A stretch of DNA of 64,000 bases from assembly GCA_050084985.1 (NCBI GenBank), contig JBITNC010000001.1, positions 159,774,001-159,838,000 on the forward strand, in the 5' to 3' direction. The notes under the pieces were generated by a model. That model worked only from the letters and a program-made list of their open reading frames with translations, was not told the DNA's origin and made no database searches. Position numbers and translations under genes: made by a program. Origin of the DNA: Nageia nagi (Eukaryota > Plantae > Pinophyta). Shown piece after piece: positions 12,858 through 27,069 of this stretch. Position 1 is the stretch's first letter, and every line of letters begins with the position of its first letter.

Positions 12858-15800
12858 ATAACATCACTCTAGGGTAAAGTTTAATATGTTTGAAAAGTAT
12901 TAATTTATAATGGAGCATATGAAGAATTAGATTGAAATCAAGACCTATTAATGAACATAAGTCAATGAGATTACAAGAATATATTAATGGGTGTATCACA
13001 ATTGTATCTTGAATTCACTAATGAGCATGGAGCTTCAAAAGATGTAAATTTTTACATTAAAAGTATGATACATGATTTTATCAAAACCATAAAACCCATA
13101 TTGTGTCTCTAATTTTATAAGATCTTGGATTCAAGCTAAAATAAATTTTAGAACTATGGGAATAAGATGAATATCATTAAAAGTTTAGAACTAATTTCAA
13201 AATGAGGTATTAGTACCTAAATTTATGCAATCTTCAATATGAGATAATGATATAAGAAACTTGCATGGTTATAGAATTACCCATTGAAGTAATGGACTTT
13301 AACTTGTAATATACTTGTCAAACGTAGAGATTACTCTAGTGAATAGAGAATCTAAAACAAAGAACACAAAATAATTATGTTCGAATAAATAAAAAGTGTT
13401 CGTATTGATAATAAGGTTGGATATATTAAATGATACATTGAAGTAATAAAAGTTGTTGAGAAACGATACAAGGTGAAATTTAATAGGGTATTCAAATGAT
13501 AGTGATTTATGGATTACAAGAGAAATTCATATAATTTTTTTATGAAACATTGTTAGTAAATATAAGTGAATAACACACAACAATTAGTGATGTTTGGTAA
13601 ATGATTTGATAAGGATATGAAAGATATTTTGTCGTAGATGAAAAATAAGAAAATTGAACCATGTTTTGGCAAGATCTTGTTTTTAGAATTGTAACCACAA
13701 GCTATGCATACTAAATTACTTATGATTGGATAATTGAATTAGGAGATAAAGACAAATGCTTTAAGTCCGTTATGTGTAAATATTGTTAATTCTAAAATTT
13801 TATTTTATGAATATCGTGAAGAAAAAGTCAAATGCTAATTATTTGAATACAAACAAGTATTGATTACGAGTTAGTGGTCAATGAACATTTGTTGGTTTGG
13901 GTTGTTTAACACTTGATTAAAAACATGTAGACAACAATAGATAAACCATGCTGAATTTTGGTAAACGACAAGAAATTCTTATCCTAAAATTATTCCATTT
14001 GTGAGGACCAATTTTTTCTGCACTCCCTTATTAAGACTAGACATCTTTTGTGGTACTTAGGATTTGTTACTACCCTTTTGTAGTAGTGTACTTATAAAGA
14101 AAAATTCTTATTATCGAGTTGTGCATATGAGATCTTTATGTGAAGTACTATTGCATGCATTCTATATTGTCTTCTCGAGCATGCTTGAGTTTCTTATTTT
14201 TCAATGATCAAACTACAATGATTTTATTCAAAGTATTATTAATGATATTTGGAATTATGTTATACTTGATTTATTTGGCTTTATGCAAGATGTGATTGGA
14301 TTTATCATTATTGTACATGGATATATGCTTTATGAAATATGGTTTCATTGGAATATAATTATCTTTATTATAGATGCTTGGGATGTAGTAAACATCATGG
14401 CTTGTAATTTAACAAGAAATAAAACATACAAAACCAATACTTGGCTCTGTGCTAAACATAATTAAGGATAATATAGTTGGGTGGTTTTTTTTTTTAAACT
14501 TGTTTAGTAAATTTATTAGATTCAACAAACCACTTGAGGATATTATTGGTATGGTCACCAAAATATCCATGGCTCCCCAAGATATGGGCACAAGAATGCT
14601 AGGCAACATAGTGAACCTAACTGATAAATATGGGTAGGCTAGTATTCCATATCCTTGACAAGTTATCAGATAGGGGTGGTATTTGCTAAAATTGTGGTTA
14701 CGAGTGAGGGTAACTTGTGGTCATATTTCCTATGGTTAAGCACATAGGTGTATGATGATTGTTCCATAAGGTGATGACACTATACTTGTATCATATGGAA
14801 GATGAATTTAGGATAATCTTGCTTGTACCTATGATACAAAGGGTTATTTATTAGTTATATGTCTAACCTTATGAATGGGCATTCTCTTGGGTTATATGGG
14901 TCCCAAGTATGAAACCACAATGTCATGACCAAAATATTTGCATTACAGTTCATGGAAAGAAATGGTAGGGTCACATATGTGGCATCTTCCCAATGAGGTG
15001 TACATTGAGGAAGTGAACTCTAGAAAGTTTCTTACAAGATTGGTTAATCTAGATTCACCAATCTTGCCATGTGAGTGTCAACTAGCCAATAACATGGATA
15101 TGCTCATGTGGATTGCTTTTATCCATTCTTAAAACATTTGAGTATTGAATATTAAATAAAAAATAGGTTTGAAATTCTAGGATTTTGGTAAAGCTAGGAA
15201 TAGGTGGAATATTACAACTAAAATAAGCTAAAGATAGTTACAAATAATATAGGAAGTTACAAAGCAACAATACAAAAATAATAATGGAGTAATGACTATT
15301 AAAATGAAAGCATAATACATATAAAATATTAAATAGATCATAACTACCAAAATTGATAAAATGTGCCTCTGAGATGAAATGTGATCACGTTATAGAGTGA
15401 AAACACGTAGGGTACTAAAACACAAAGGCATTTTCGAAGTGCAAAAATGTTTGATAAATGCAAGGACATTTTCGATGATGAAATACATAAGGGTCCCACA
15501 TTTTGGAATTGAGAACTCAAAACTCATATGATCTTCATCTTTAGCCAACTCAAATCCCAACAAAAAAATTGATGAAGAAGTCTTTTCATTAGTTGGAGAG
15601 TAAGATAGAACATCTTTTAGTATTAATATAATCAAACATATGAGTTACCAAGCTAATATGTATTATCTCATGGAATTAATACAATGGATAATTACCCTTT
15701 CCTCTTCCCTTTGATATATTTATGATGACACATCATTATGCTAATGCATGGTTACAAACCCTAATCTCCTATTGAGTTAATTAACCTAAAGAAGTTATTT

Positions 15801-18479
15801 CTCCTATAAATGAAGGATAAAACCTTAAGAAAAATCTCCTACATATTTTCTACAACTTGCAATAAAATTTTGTTGAAATATCTTCATAATCATCAATCTT
15901 TGTGAGCTTGTTTTGTGTTTATATCATGGCAACTAACCTTATGCATTATCTTGCATTAATGTTTTCTTGGTTCTTGTTTATGTAACAACTTATAGTTTTA
16001 GCTGTAAAATTAGGCAAAAGATAACTTTAACCATTCAAAATCCATCTATGGAACTCAAATTTGCAAAAGAAAAAAAGAATTAAAATTGACCATATAGGTA
16101 TGGTTTGCTATCTAAACCCAACCAACTAGGCCTAGTTTTTTACAGGTATAATTTCAAAATTTTATGAGTTCATATCTTGATCATTTGCATAAAACTTGGG
16201 CTATATTAGTTACTTTTAATATTTTGTTGAGACATAACTATATAGAATTTGAGTTATTTATGATATACAGGCGTAGGTTGGGTCTCATGAAAGTGGGTAT
16301 TATTTAGAGCATTTGATAATTTTATATCAAATTTGAAGCTTATAGGTTTGAGTGGTGAACTAAAATCACTCTTTTGCGAATGCATTAGAGGCATTGAATG
16401 ATCCATTTTGTTGTACTTTAATGGCTTATTGTACCATACTTGTATAAGCCTTTTTCACCACATTTATAATTGATTTCATTAATGATAATAGAATAAAGGG
16501 TTGTTGACCCATGATTGCTATATTTTTTGCATATTACATTATCGCATGCCTGGTGGGATCCACCTCATTCCATGTAAGGAGGTTGTAGTTCTTAAACTTA
16601 CATTCCATATTTATTTTTGTTTGGTCATGTTATATCGATTTTTTATTGCTTTCGTTTATATCTAAATTTGCATATGTATAAAATCATTATCAATTTGTTC
16701 TTACTAAGCTCAACCAACCAAGTTTTGATTTGAACAATCATATCAAAACCATTGTTATAGCTTCATAAATCAATCCATCATACTCAATTTTTGACCATCT
16801 CATGAACTTTTCCCATGCACTTAGGTATTACCTTCATATAGCTAATCAACAATCTTAGGTAAGTAAAAGTCAACTTCTTGACTTACTTCTTGTCATTTAG
16901 TCATAATCAAAATGCTCTTTACCTTGTTATGTAGGTATTTTAAAAATGGTATTTTACTAATAAATTGCTATCATGTTCAATATAACTTCTCATATATTTT
17001 ATTTAGTTTCACTTTCTACAATTTTTGATTAGTTAATTCTCTTTCAACATCTTTTGATGTTTATTTAAATTTTTTTTTATATCATCTCCTTCCATGTTGT
17101 TTATTTTGTTACTCCTTCAAATTTGATTTCATAATTTACTTAATTTTTCTTGTGTACTTAGCAAAAATGAGAGCTCATATCAATCCACAAGTACCCATCA
17201 TCAATTCAACCTTCTCCCACAAGGGAAAAATAAAAAGATGACCAAAATAGACCACATGGAATAATTTTTGATTACAAACTATTTCTATGTAAAAAGTTTC
17301 TATTGCATAAAAGTTCTCATCGATAAAATTTTCTAGCAAACATCATCCTATTTTTAGAGAGAAAGGGATATTAGGTAAGTCTTCTTGGTTCTTGTTTTTG
17401 TAATCTAAACATAATCATAAATAAAAATAAAAATAATTTTGATTTTTGTTTGTTTAATATATATATTTTTTTCACATATATAGGTAGTAAAATTTTTCAT
17501 TTAAACATTCTCTTCTCACCTCATATTCTATAGGTTGCATTTATCATTTTAGGATAGAATTGTTTATGCATTAATTAGCTAGGTTTCCTTTAACTTGTAT
17601 GATATTTTGTATTTTATATCTTAGCATATTGAAAATATAAATAAAAATAAACTAGATTAAGCACATGTACATAAATAAAAATAGCCTAGTGATATTGTAT
17701 TTCACCACCAACCACTAGGTTTCTTCATGAGTATGATGGATTTAATTTCTGACATATTGAGGTTGACACTTTTACTTAACTAAGTAGAGCTATAGGTCAT
17801 TTTAGGGATTAGATTCATATAGTCGCTAGAATTAAATGTTGATACCTATAACTAGCAAGCAACGAAGTGCAAAATAATTGAATTAGTAGATTAAGTTTTA
17901 GGCTATTTTGTGTGTCCAATATTACTTAGAGTGATAAGTAGTACCAAGGGAGCATTATTGATTTACTCCTAATATGCACTCACCAACTTAGACATCTTTT
18001 TAGGGTTTTTTTTTATCATCAATCATTCCATTTCCTATAAATTAGGGAATAGTAAATATCAATATAATTACAAACTAATCAAAAATATAAAAATAACAAA
18101 AATAAATACAAAATAAGAGCAAAACTTCATAGAGGAACATCTAGATGATATTAGTACCTTCAGTAGATTATTAAAGACCATCACAATTTTACCATTTTTA
18201 TTTGTTACAAAAATAATCCTGTATTAATGATTACTTTTACTACAGACTAGTTTCTATAGCATATGTTTTGTAGATAGATAAATTAACATCTATTCTCATA
18301 GTTAGTATTGTACTATATTTTATGTAATTTCTTTTTTTGTTTTCTCTCTATTATTTGTTTGAGTGATTAATTAACATTTATTTTTTGTACATTAGTTACC
18401 TTCTTTCTTATTCATATTATTTTTAGTATTCTTCTTTACTTTTTTATTTCCTTTTTCATCCATTCCTTCTTATGAGATA

Positions 18480-20250
18480 GTTTATATCATGCATCATTTT
18501 CAACCGACTTCTTCAAAAACATAACCTCCTTATATGGATTTGATTCCTTTCACTCCTACCTGATATTATTGGGAAGGTATATTACTAGATGGAGACTACT
18601 ACCATGAGTCTGATTATGGCCATGCTTTTGAGGTATCATATAGTCTTCATCATTCATTCTTAGCCACCTACATCACTCCTTAGGAGCATCTCCCATACCA
18701 TTCACCCATGTCTATCCAGGATCGTTTTTGCATCTCTTTCTCATTAGATCATACCTATAAAACTATCTCATATACCCCATCACATCGTTAGATTTGTGTA
18801 GTTTATCCTGAGATGAGCTTTGTTACCACCATTTTCTTCCAATACCTCCATTGCTAGTCATTGTGGAGATGTTCTCTACCACACCTACTACCTATATCCA
18901 TTTACAACAAACTATTTCCTTTTTTCCTACAAACACTTAAATACCCCTTGCTTTGCTTGATTCTACCTCAATGTAGATGTTCTCATATCTACTCACCTCT
19001 CAATATTCTACACCACCTTCACATGTTTCTCCTTTTTGTATGTTTACCAAACCTCTTCCTTCATTTTACAATTTTCCTTTTCCTTCTCATCCTTCACCTT
19101 CTTTGTTTACATTTCCACCTACTTTCTCTCCTTATTCTCTATAAACTTTACCATTCTCTCAAACTCTTATTTCCACACCTCCACCTTTTCTTCCCACTAT
19201 ATTTAATGGCTTATATGCTTCTTCCTATCCTCTAGTTTCTTTCTAGACAATCCAATCTTCTTCAATACCAATACCTTCATTACCATCATCCCAAGAATAT
19301 TCATAATATCAATTCTATGCTTCCATAAATTCCTCTATGCAATCGTCAACCTAACCTTCCTTTGTATATGCACATTATTTATCATTTCCCCCCATACAAG
19401 CATCACATCTTACACCATCTTAGCTTCTACAACCACCACCACAAAAATAATGTTATCCTTCTCCCTATACTTAACCCCAACCATAACCACAGCCTAAGTA
19501 TGTTTTTGTGCAACCCTCACAATTGTATCCTTTTATTCCTCTAGTTTCTCTACCATCTTTTCCCCCATTATTTTAAGGACCAAATCACCCACCTCCTAGG
19601 TCTTCACCCTTTAAGCCTAGTCCTTATTCATATTCTCCACTACATATACACCTTATTATCCCCCTCATTATCCTTTATCTTATCCACCACCAAATTATTA
19701 TTTATAGATGTTAGGACCTTATCCACACATACCTTCATATGTAGCTATATCATCAAGGTCGGTTCCACCTACCTCCCTATATTCTTATGTCTTAGATAAG
19801 TTACAAAGTTTGGAGTCACATTGAGTTGGGTACAAAAAAATCCCTCCTATAGCTAAATTTGTAAGGATCCTATCCACCCTTCTACCCCATTTTATGATTA
19901 TTCCAATAGATTCAAGGTCTCCAAGTTTGAATAGTTCAAGGGTAAAGAATATTGATAAGAGAACCTTTGAATGTTCAAGAGTCTATATTATTTGATTAAC
20001 TATAGTGACCCTCTTATGTTATAAACACATACCATATCCTTAGGAGGTAAAGGAAATGATTGGTTCAATAATCTACCATATAATAGTCTCTACACATTCG
20101 AGCAATTGACCAATCTCTTTCTAGATCATTATTTGATTAACATTATGAGGAAGACTTCTTTTCCTAACTTAAATAATCTTAGATAGTATAACAATGAGTG
20201 TGTCAATGATTATGTATTCTAATGGAGGGTGGTGATTAATGATATCACCT
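18480..20250 (+). pseudogene. Degraded gypsy (Tat/Ogre-like) gag: Pro/Tyr-rich region plus Retrotrans_gag
   Basis: About 19910-20230 translates with stops and shifts to FKVSKFE*FKGK ... WFNNLPYNSLYTFEQLTNLFLDHY ... NLR*YNNECVNDYVF*WR. An upstream C/T-rich tract encodes Pro-rich sequence. Confidence 0.65.
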
Positions 20251-22554
20251 TTGTGTAAGGATTCACTATAGGATCACCTCTAATCCAAGCAATTTATTTT
20301 TCTTTCTTTTTCAACTCATCCCAAGCATCCCACTATAAGCTCAATCTAAATTATATTTTAAAATTTTTCTCTTGAAAATCAATTGCAACTTAGGTTAATA
20401 ACAATATACCTAAGAATAGTGAATTATATAATAAAATTTTATGAATAAAACATATTTTAAAACATATGTTATATAATTTTATATTATATTTTGGTATCTT
20501 CATTCATTCACTTCTATGTTAATGGTTTCTCATATTTTACATTAATCTTTTGAAGAAATCTATTTGATCACAAATCAGGATTCTATGCTAGAGGATGCAA
20601 TCTAATAAGTGAATTGAATATTTCAATCTTAATATTGCCATAGTGATTATCATGATCAAAAATTTAATTGAAAGTTTCATCACCTTATTATATTTAATCA
20701 TTGCATACACATAAATAAATAATATCATTTATGAATCCATTTTTAAATCTTCAACTCCTTGTATGTGATCATAAAATTATTTTTACCATTTTTACAATGA
20801 CATCTGAATAATCAACATTATAAAGAAATGTTAATGTTAAACAAATAGTCATCCATATTGTTTATCTATTATAACAATTCCTTATAAGCAACATGAAATG
20901 TTCAAAAAAGGAATTGTATTAAGAAAGAACTACTTCCTAGAAAATTAAGTGAGTGAATGAAAATACCAATAATATCCATCAGGTGAATAGTTCAAGCTCA
21001 TCATACTTTTTATATATTTCTATAGTTGTAAATAAATCTACCAGAATACAATTTTTGAATAGTTTTAAAAAATGTTTGCTATTCTCTCATCTACGATTAA
21101 TTTTAACCAAATATTACTAAAAACTCATAGTTTGCAACAACCAAAAATACAATATGAAATTACTAGAGAGTTTCAAAACATAGCATACAATTTTAGCTAG
21201 TTTAAATATTAGTGTAATTTATAATTTAGCATAGGCAAGAACCTTCAAGTCTAACAAATTCTAAATGTTTATATTAGTAGAATGATTTACTATCAAAACA
21301 TCAATACATAATTTAAAGTTCCCCAATGATTTCTAGTAAGCATAATACAAAAATATTGTCACATTTTACAATCATGTTGGTTCTTTTTCTATCACTAAAC
21401 CAAAAAGAGCCTTATAGGTTGTTATTCATTCATTGCATACGATCCCATCATTAAAAGTCTACTTATTATGATAGCGATTAATAAATTCCCACCCTATAAA
21501 CCATCGTTGAAGGACATAATGAGAAAACTATTCATTTCCCCCTTAAACTATAAAGTGGTTGTTTAAAGCTATCACCTAATAATTACTTTTTTTTTTTTTA
21601 AAAAAAGGAATAATTTGGAAGAATTCTTCCATCATTAAAATTTATGTAATAATTCTTCCAACCTATGCCTTCCTTGGTTGCTCGAGGTACACTAGCCCTA
21701 TGACTCAATCATAGTGTTGGCCATGGGCTCTCGAAGGACGGACTAATGGGATTGACCAATCATTGTTCAATCTCTTACATTACTCATCCTAGTATAAAAC
21801 TAATGACACTTGAAGGAATGCCTAAACATACCTCTATAGTGCCCATTCCATGGATATCTAATGTATTATCTTTTAATGCTTGTAATAAACTTATCAAAAA
21901 ATGATAAAATGCTTGTATCAAAATATTTTAGTATTGTAAAGTGTGTTATAATCATTTGAGCATAATTCTGTAATTCTTTATCATTAGAGCATAATTATAG
22001 AGCATATTTGAATCTTATTATGCTTTCCTCAATATTTATGTCCCATCTACATTACATAACCTTAATGTCTATAAATAGGGACCAAAAGCTGATTACTGTT
22101 GTAACAAACTTGCCAAAAAGTCACAAACTAACTTTTTATACAATTAGACTACCATTATTGAACTAAAGGAGGTGCCTAATATCAAAATTTAGAGTTTAAT
22201 ATACAAGCTTTCTAAAAATCATATGCTCATAGAAAATGAATCCAAAAGCTAATTATTGCTACAAAAACTTGTAAAAAGTTACAACCTGCATTTTTTATAC
22301 CATCAAGCCATTTTTTAACCAAAGGATGTGCCTTATATCACCATTTGTATTTTAATATATAATCTTTCTAAAAATCATATTCTTGTAGAAAAAGAACCCA
22401 AAATATGTCTCAAAATGAGGAATAAAAATTGGCAATTCATATGTACAACAAAAATTCCCTCAAACTCTTTAATTTGATGAAGCACTTTGGAATAAACCCT
22501 TACAACATGAGCGACTCTTATTGCACTATTCCTATGATGAATCATTATACATGC

Positions 22555-23185
22555 ATTGTTTGATAAGATGCATGATGTAAAAGTAGTTTTATGGTTTGTA
22601 ATGATTGTAGGATATACAAATGCCCACCAAAGTTACAAAAAACTTTAGCTTCTCTTCTAAAAAGCTTAAAAAACTCAAAATGTTACAAGTGCCCACCAAA
22701 GTTTCCCCAAGTGTATGGATAATATTCCAAGTGCTGCACCCCTTTGACTCTACTTTGCCTAAAAGAATAAAAAAACTTAAAAATGTTATACATGTTTTCC
22801 TAATGTTCCAAGTGCTCTACCCCTTCAACTCCGCTCTGCCTAAAAGAGTAAAAAAACTTAAAATGTTATACGTGTTTTCCTAATGTTCCAAGTGCTCTAC
22901 CCCCTCGAATTGGTTGTAAATGCCATGATAGAAATGGATGAGAAATATGGAATAATACATAATGCCCAACAATTATTTGACAAGATGCATGATGCAAACA
23001 TAATTTCATGTATTTTGTGGGTGCTTGTAAATCACATGAGAATGTAGGAATCGATGAATTGGTGAATGAAAAAAATGAGTTTTCTAAAAAAGATATCTTA
23101 AGGAAGCTTTGAACTTCACTACCAAAATACCTATAAAACTTAAATTGGATGTGTGGATGTATCTACTTGGTGCTTGTAAATCAAA
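22555..23185 (+). pseudogene. Fragments of a PLS-class (E-subgroup-like) pentatricopeptide repeat gene
   Basis: LFDKMHDVKVVLWFVMIVGY (about 22557), NAMIEMDEKYGIIHNAQQLFDKMHDANIIS (about 22919), GACKSHENVG (about 23020) and LKEALNFTTKIPIKLKLDVWMYLLGACKS (about 23099). These match PLS/E-motif consensus but are non-contiguous. Confidence 0.75.
22720..22905. repeat. 81-bp tandem repeat, about 2.3 copies
   Basis: TAAT(A/G)TTCCAAGTGCT...CCC recurs at 22720, 22801 and 22881. Confidence 0.85.
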
Positions 23186-25116
23186 TGTTGTGTAATTCTT
23201 GATCATTTAAGCATTATTGTAGAGCATATTTGAATCTTATTGTGCTTATATTTATGTTCATTTCCCATGTACATTACATAATCTTCATTTCCAAAAATGA
23301 GGCCCAAAAGTTGATATGACTGTTGTTACAAACCTATCAAAAAGTGATAAACAACCTTTTTCATGCCTATAGAATTAGACCATAGTTGAACAAAAGGAAG
23401 TTTTTGATATCACAATTTGAAAATAAATATATCAAATTTCTAAAAGTGATATGCTTGTAGAAAAAATATCCCAAAAGATGTCTCAAAATGGGGCACAAAA
23501 ATTGGCTTGGAGAAGGAAAGAAATTATCCCACCTAGAATCTTTCCAAGTGTAAAAAATTGGTAAAAAGTTAATAAGTTTATGTCATCCACCATATGTTCT
23601 AAAATGATGTAATTGTACCATATAATATGAAATGATATAAATACACTATATGATATGAAAATTTGATAGAGCTTTGAACTTTCCATGAGGATGTGTCTAC
23701 TCGATGCTCGTAAACCACACAAGAATGTAGTAATTGGGGAGTTTGTGTATGTGGAAATAATCCTTTTTTGGTTGAAGCATAAATATGTTGCATCTTATGT
23801 TCTACTTTAAAATATTTATCTTGAAGTGGGTAGTTGCATTTCAAACATGGAGAATATTCTTGTGGAATAAGACTTAAATCACTAACTAGAATAAGAAACA
23901 TCAAATATTTTATAGACATAGTTATTCAACAATTAAATTTATTTCAATAATTTACATAATAAATTGAAAATTTAATTACTAATATATTTTCATTTTATTA
24001 CATACTAACCTATAAGAATATGATTAAAGGTTGAGCTTGTTGAACCATAATACTCATTCATATGAGCATCCCCACCACATGATGACAATTTGATAATCAT
24101 CTTATTTTGTCACCCCCATTATCTTAGTACATATTGACAAATACTATTATATTTTATCTAAGCATCGAATGAATAATCATGAGTACTTAACACAAAGTCC
24201 AACCACAGAAGCACGAAATTCACTATGAATCTACATATTCTCAATCATTATTACCATAATCTTGGTGCAAAGAATGAATTCATCTATTCATCATTATATA
24301 ATAAGGTAGTTAATATGCTCCTTCTAATTATCCTACATTCATTCTTAATGTATACCTAAGCAAGATCAATAATCATGCAGGTACCAATCATAGATTGTAC
24401 ATATTTCTAGTGTAAAGTAATGGTAGCTATTACATATTTGCTTCAATCAACAACAAACAATATGATCCATTCTCACATGAAGATTATCCACATAACTATT
24501 ATTAAAGACTTGAACACTAATTTCACTTACTTGCAACCCTAAGCCAAAAATAATCATTGCCAATTAGAGTCAAATTAATGATTACTTCACCTTGATAAAA
24601 ACTAACTACCCTAAATATCACACCAAACCATTTATTTATTCAAAGATCATATATTGATGTAAAAGAATAATATCAATTTAATATTTAGTCATATATTAAA
24701 ATAATTTCAAATAATTATCTTTTAAGCTTAATCAATTATTCTACAATGATTAATCTGGGAATGTTAACCATTTACATTACTAAATATCCATAGAACAACA
24801 TCAAATTTCTTGCAATAATTATCCACTTTGAACTCTAATGTTACACATCCATAGATTATTATTTGTTACAAAATTAATACATGTAGCACAAAGCATAAAA
24901 TCAATAAGATTTAGATGAATAAGCAGAATATATAATAGTAATAGGAATTTGTTATGATTCTGCTAGATCTTAAATAAAATAATGCAAAAACAACAACAAG
25001 ATTTTCATCTTTTCAATGAAATAAGAGCATATCTGCAAAACTCATCAATATTCAATAAATAATAGAACTCAAATTTGTAAATGAAAACACTGAATCACAA
25101 TAGCTTTACTAAAAAA

Positions 25117-25245
25117 GAGCTGAATTGCTGGCCGCTTCGAGGGGGCCTCCTCCTTACACTTCAAATCTAAAAATATGAGCTGAATCGCTAGCTGCTTCGA
25201 GGGGGCTTCCTCCTTACACTTTAAATCCAAAAATATGAGCTGAAT
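25117..25245. repeat. About 60-bp GC-richer tandem duplication
   Basis: GAGCTGAAT.GCT.GC.GCTTCGAGGGGGC..CCTCCTTACACTT.AAATC.AAAAATAT twice, then a third GAGCTGAAT start. Confidence 0.85.
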
Positions 25246-27069
25246 GATAACATTCTCAAGCCATTCAACATCTTTATATGATACTAACCCTAACCCTAAT
25301 CCGCCCTACTAATAATTATGGTATTCACATTACAATCCGGTTACATCATAAGTATACTACTAATATAATTAAATGTTAGGATGTGGGATCCTAATAGAAT
25401 TTTGTAGTTATTAATATAAGTTATTGAAAGAGCTTTCTTACCCTACAAACTTCATGAACCCAAGGTTTTATTTACTTCATTTAGCTTATGTAATGCACAA
25501 TATTTTCCTTCCACTATTTAACAACACAAAATTCAACTAGACCTCTATCTGGTTTGCGTTACATTATCATCTTACAAAGAATTAAACTTCACCCTATCAT
25601 ACTCAACCAAGTGCACTTTTAGACCAGAATTCTAGAATATTCTCCTTCTAAAGAACTCTTGTTTATCTAGAGCCTCATTCTCACTATGAAATATTTTTAT
25701 AACAACAAATCCTTACTCAAGTTTAAATTCTAAACTTCAATTTTACAGTTTTTCTTTCAAGATATTTTATTAAACATAGTTTCCATTTATTTACTTCCCC
25801 CATAAATTTTCTTATAGGTACAATCCATTCACAAGAGAAAAATAATCATAAATTTATCCATTAATTATCATTTATAAATTTTTTTACCTTTTGTTATCAG
25901 CTCATAACATCTCATATTCCACTTATATCAGCAATATTTCATCCATCAATACAAGGTTACAATTAACTAATTTTGGAAGAAAACTTGTATCAAATACAAC
26001 CCTTTTTTTTTAATATTTTGAGAATATCATCTCCTCTAAAATATTTATTCAAACTCTCATCTCTTATGCAACAATACCCACAATAAGATCATTTAGTATC
26101 TCCTATAACATACCAATAACTACTTCAATAAGATGAAACATGTAGGATTTACTATCCTTAGAATCTATACATTTTATATGAAGGATATAACCAAAAACAT
26201 TCACCTATATCATATTTTTGTGATACTCATAATTAAAACATTCATCTAAGTACACATGTCTAGTGCATGAAATCATTGGACTAGCTACTCAATATACTTT
26301 TACTTCTGTAGTAAAAACAACTCATACACTCTTTTGAAAGCACCTTGTTAAATCATTACTTCAACATAAAGTTCCAAAAGACCAAATAGTTTGAAATGAC
26401 TATGAGAAATATGTTACTGCCAAAACATAATCTCAAATCTTCTCTTCTTCTAAAAAATAATAGGCATTAATTATTACTTCACTTAATAATAATCTTCACT
26501 TTAAGAGTTTAAAGATAGAACTATGAAATATTATAATAAAATATTTAATTGAACACCACTTAATTTATCTATCACCTTTTTTCTCTTAATACTAATTATC
26601 TTAATCATAAGATTGCTTACTTTTTCTATTGATAAAGCTAATTCATTAAAAAGAATACAATATACAATTGTAATAAAATTGCTATGTTTTATATCAAATA
26701 CCCAAAGCTTAGTCCTTCAACACATTATCATTTCAAGGAAATTGAACTCTTCTTCTAAGCAAAATAATAGGAATCATTTGTTAATACGTAAATATCATTT
26801 TATCTTTTATCCTTAATAACTAACATTACTTCTTACTATACAACTCACTTCATAACATGGAAAATATAAAATGGAATTGCCACAACATAATACACTTAGC
26901 TCATTAATATACAATACATAACAATTATTGAAAATAAATACTCAAACATGGACATCATAAAATTCATAGAAACATTAAAAGATACACCACATGGTAACGA
27001 CTCATGAAACAAGGCAAGCTAAGAAAAAAAAGAAAGAGTAATAACTTCATTTAGAAGAAAACCCATGAT

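Larger units (their letters stand above)
21945..23510. repeat. Compound direct repeat: about 300-bp block at about 21970-22240 repeated at about 23190-23510, with an extra about 150-bp subunit at about 22240-22430
   Basis: GTAATTCTT.ATCATT..AGCAT.ATT.TAGAGCATATTTGAATCTTATT occurs twice. TTTCTAAAA.T.ATAT..T..TAGAAAA...CC.AAA occurs three times. Confidence 0.75.

Noticed and set aside
18861-19544. Hydrophobic Leu/His-rich ORFs resembling membrane proteins
   Set aside because: Off-frame readings of the C/T-rich, Pro-coding region of a decayed gypsy gag.
25284-25299. (TAACCC)n telomere-like tract
   Set aside because: Under three units, too short to call an interstitial telomere.
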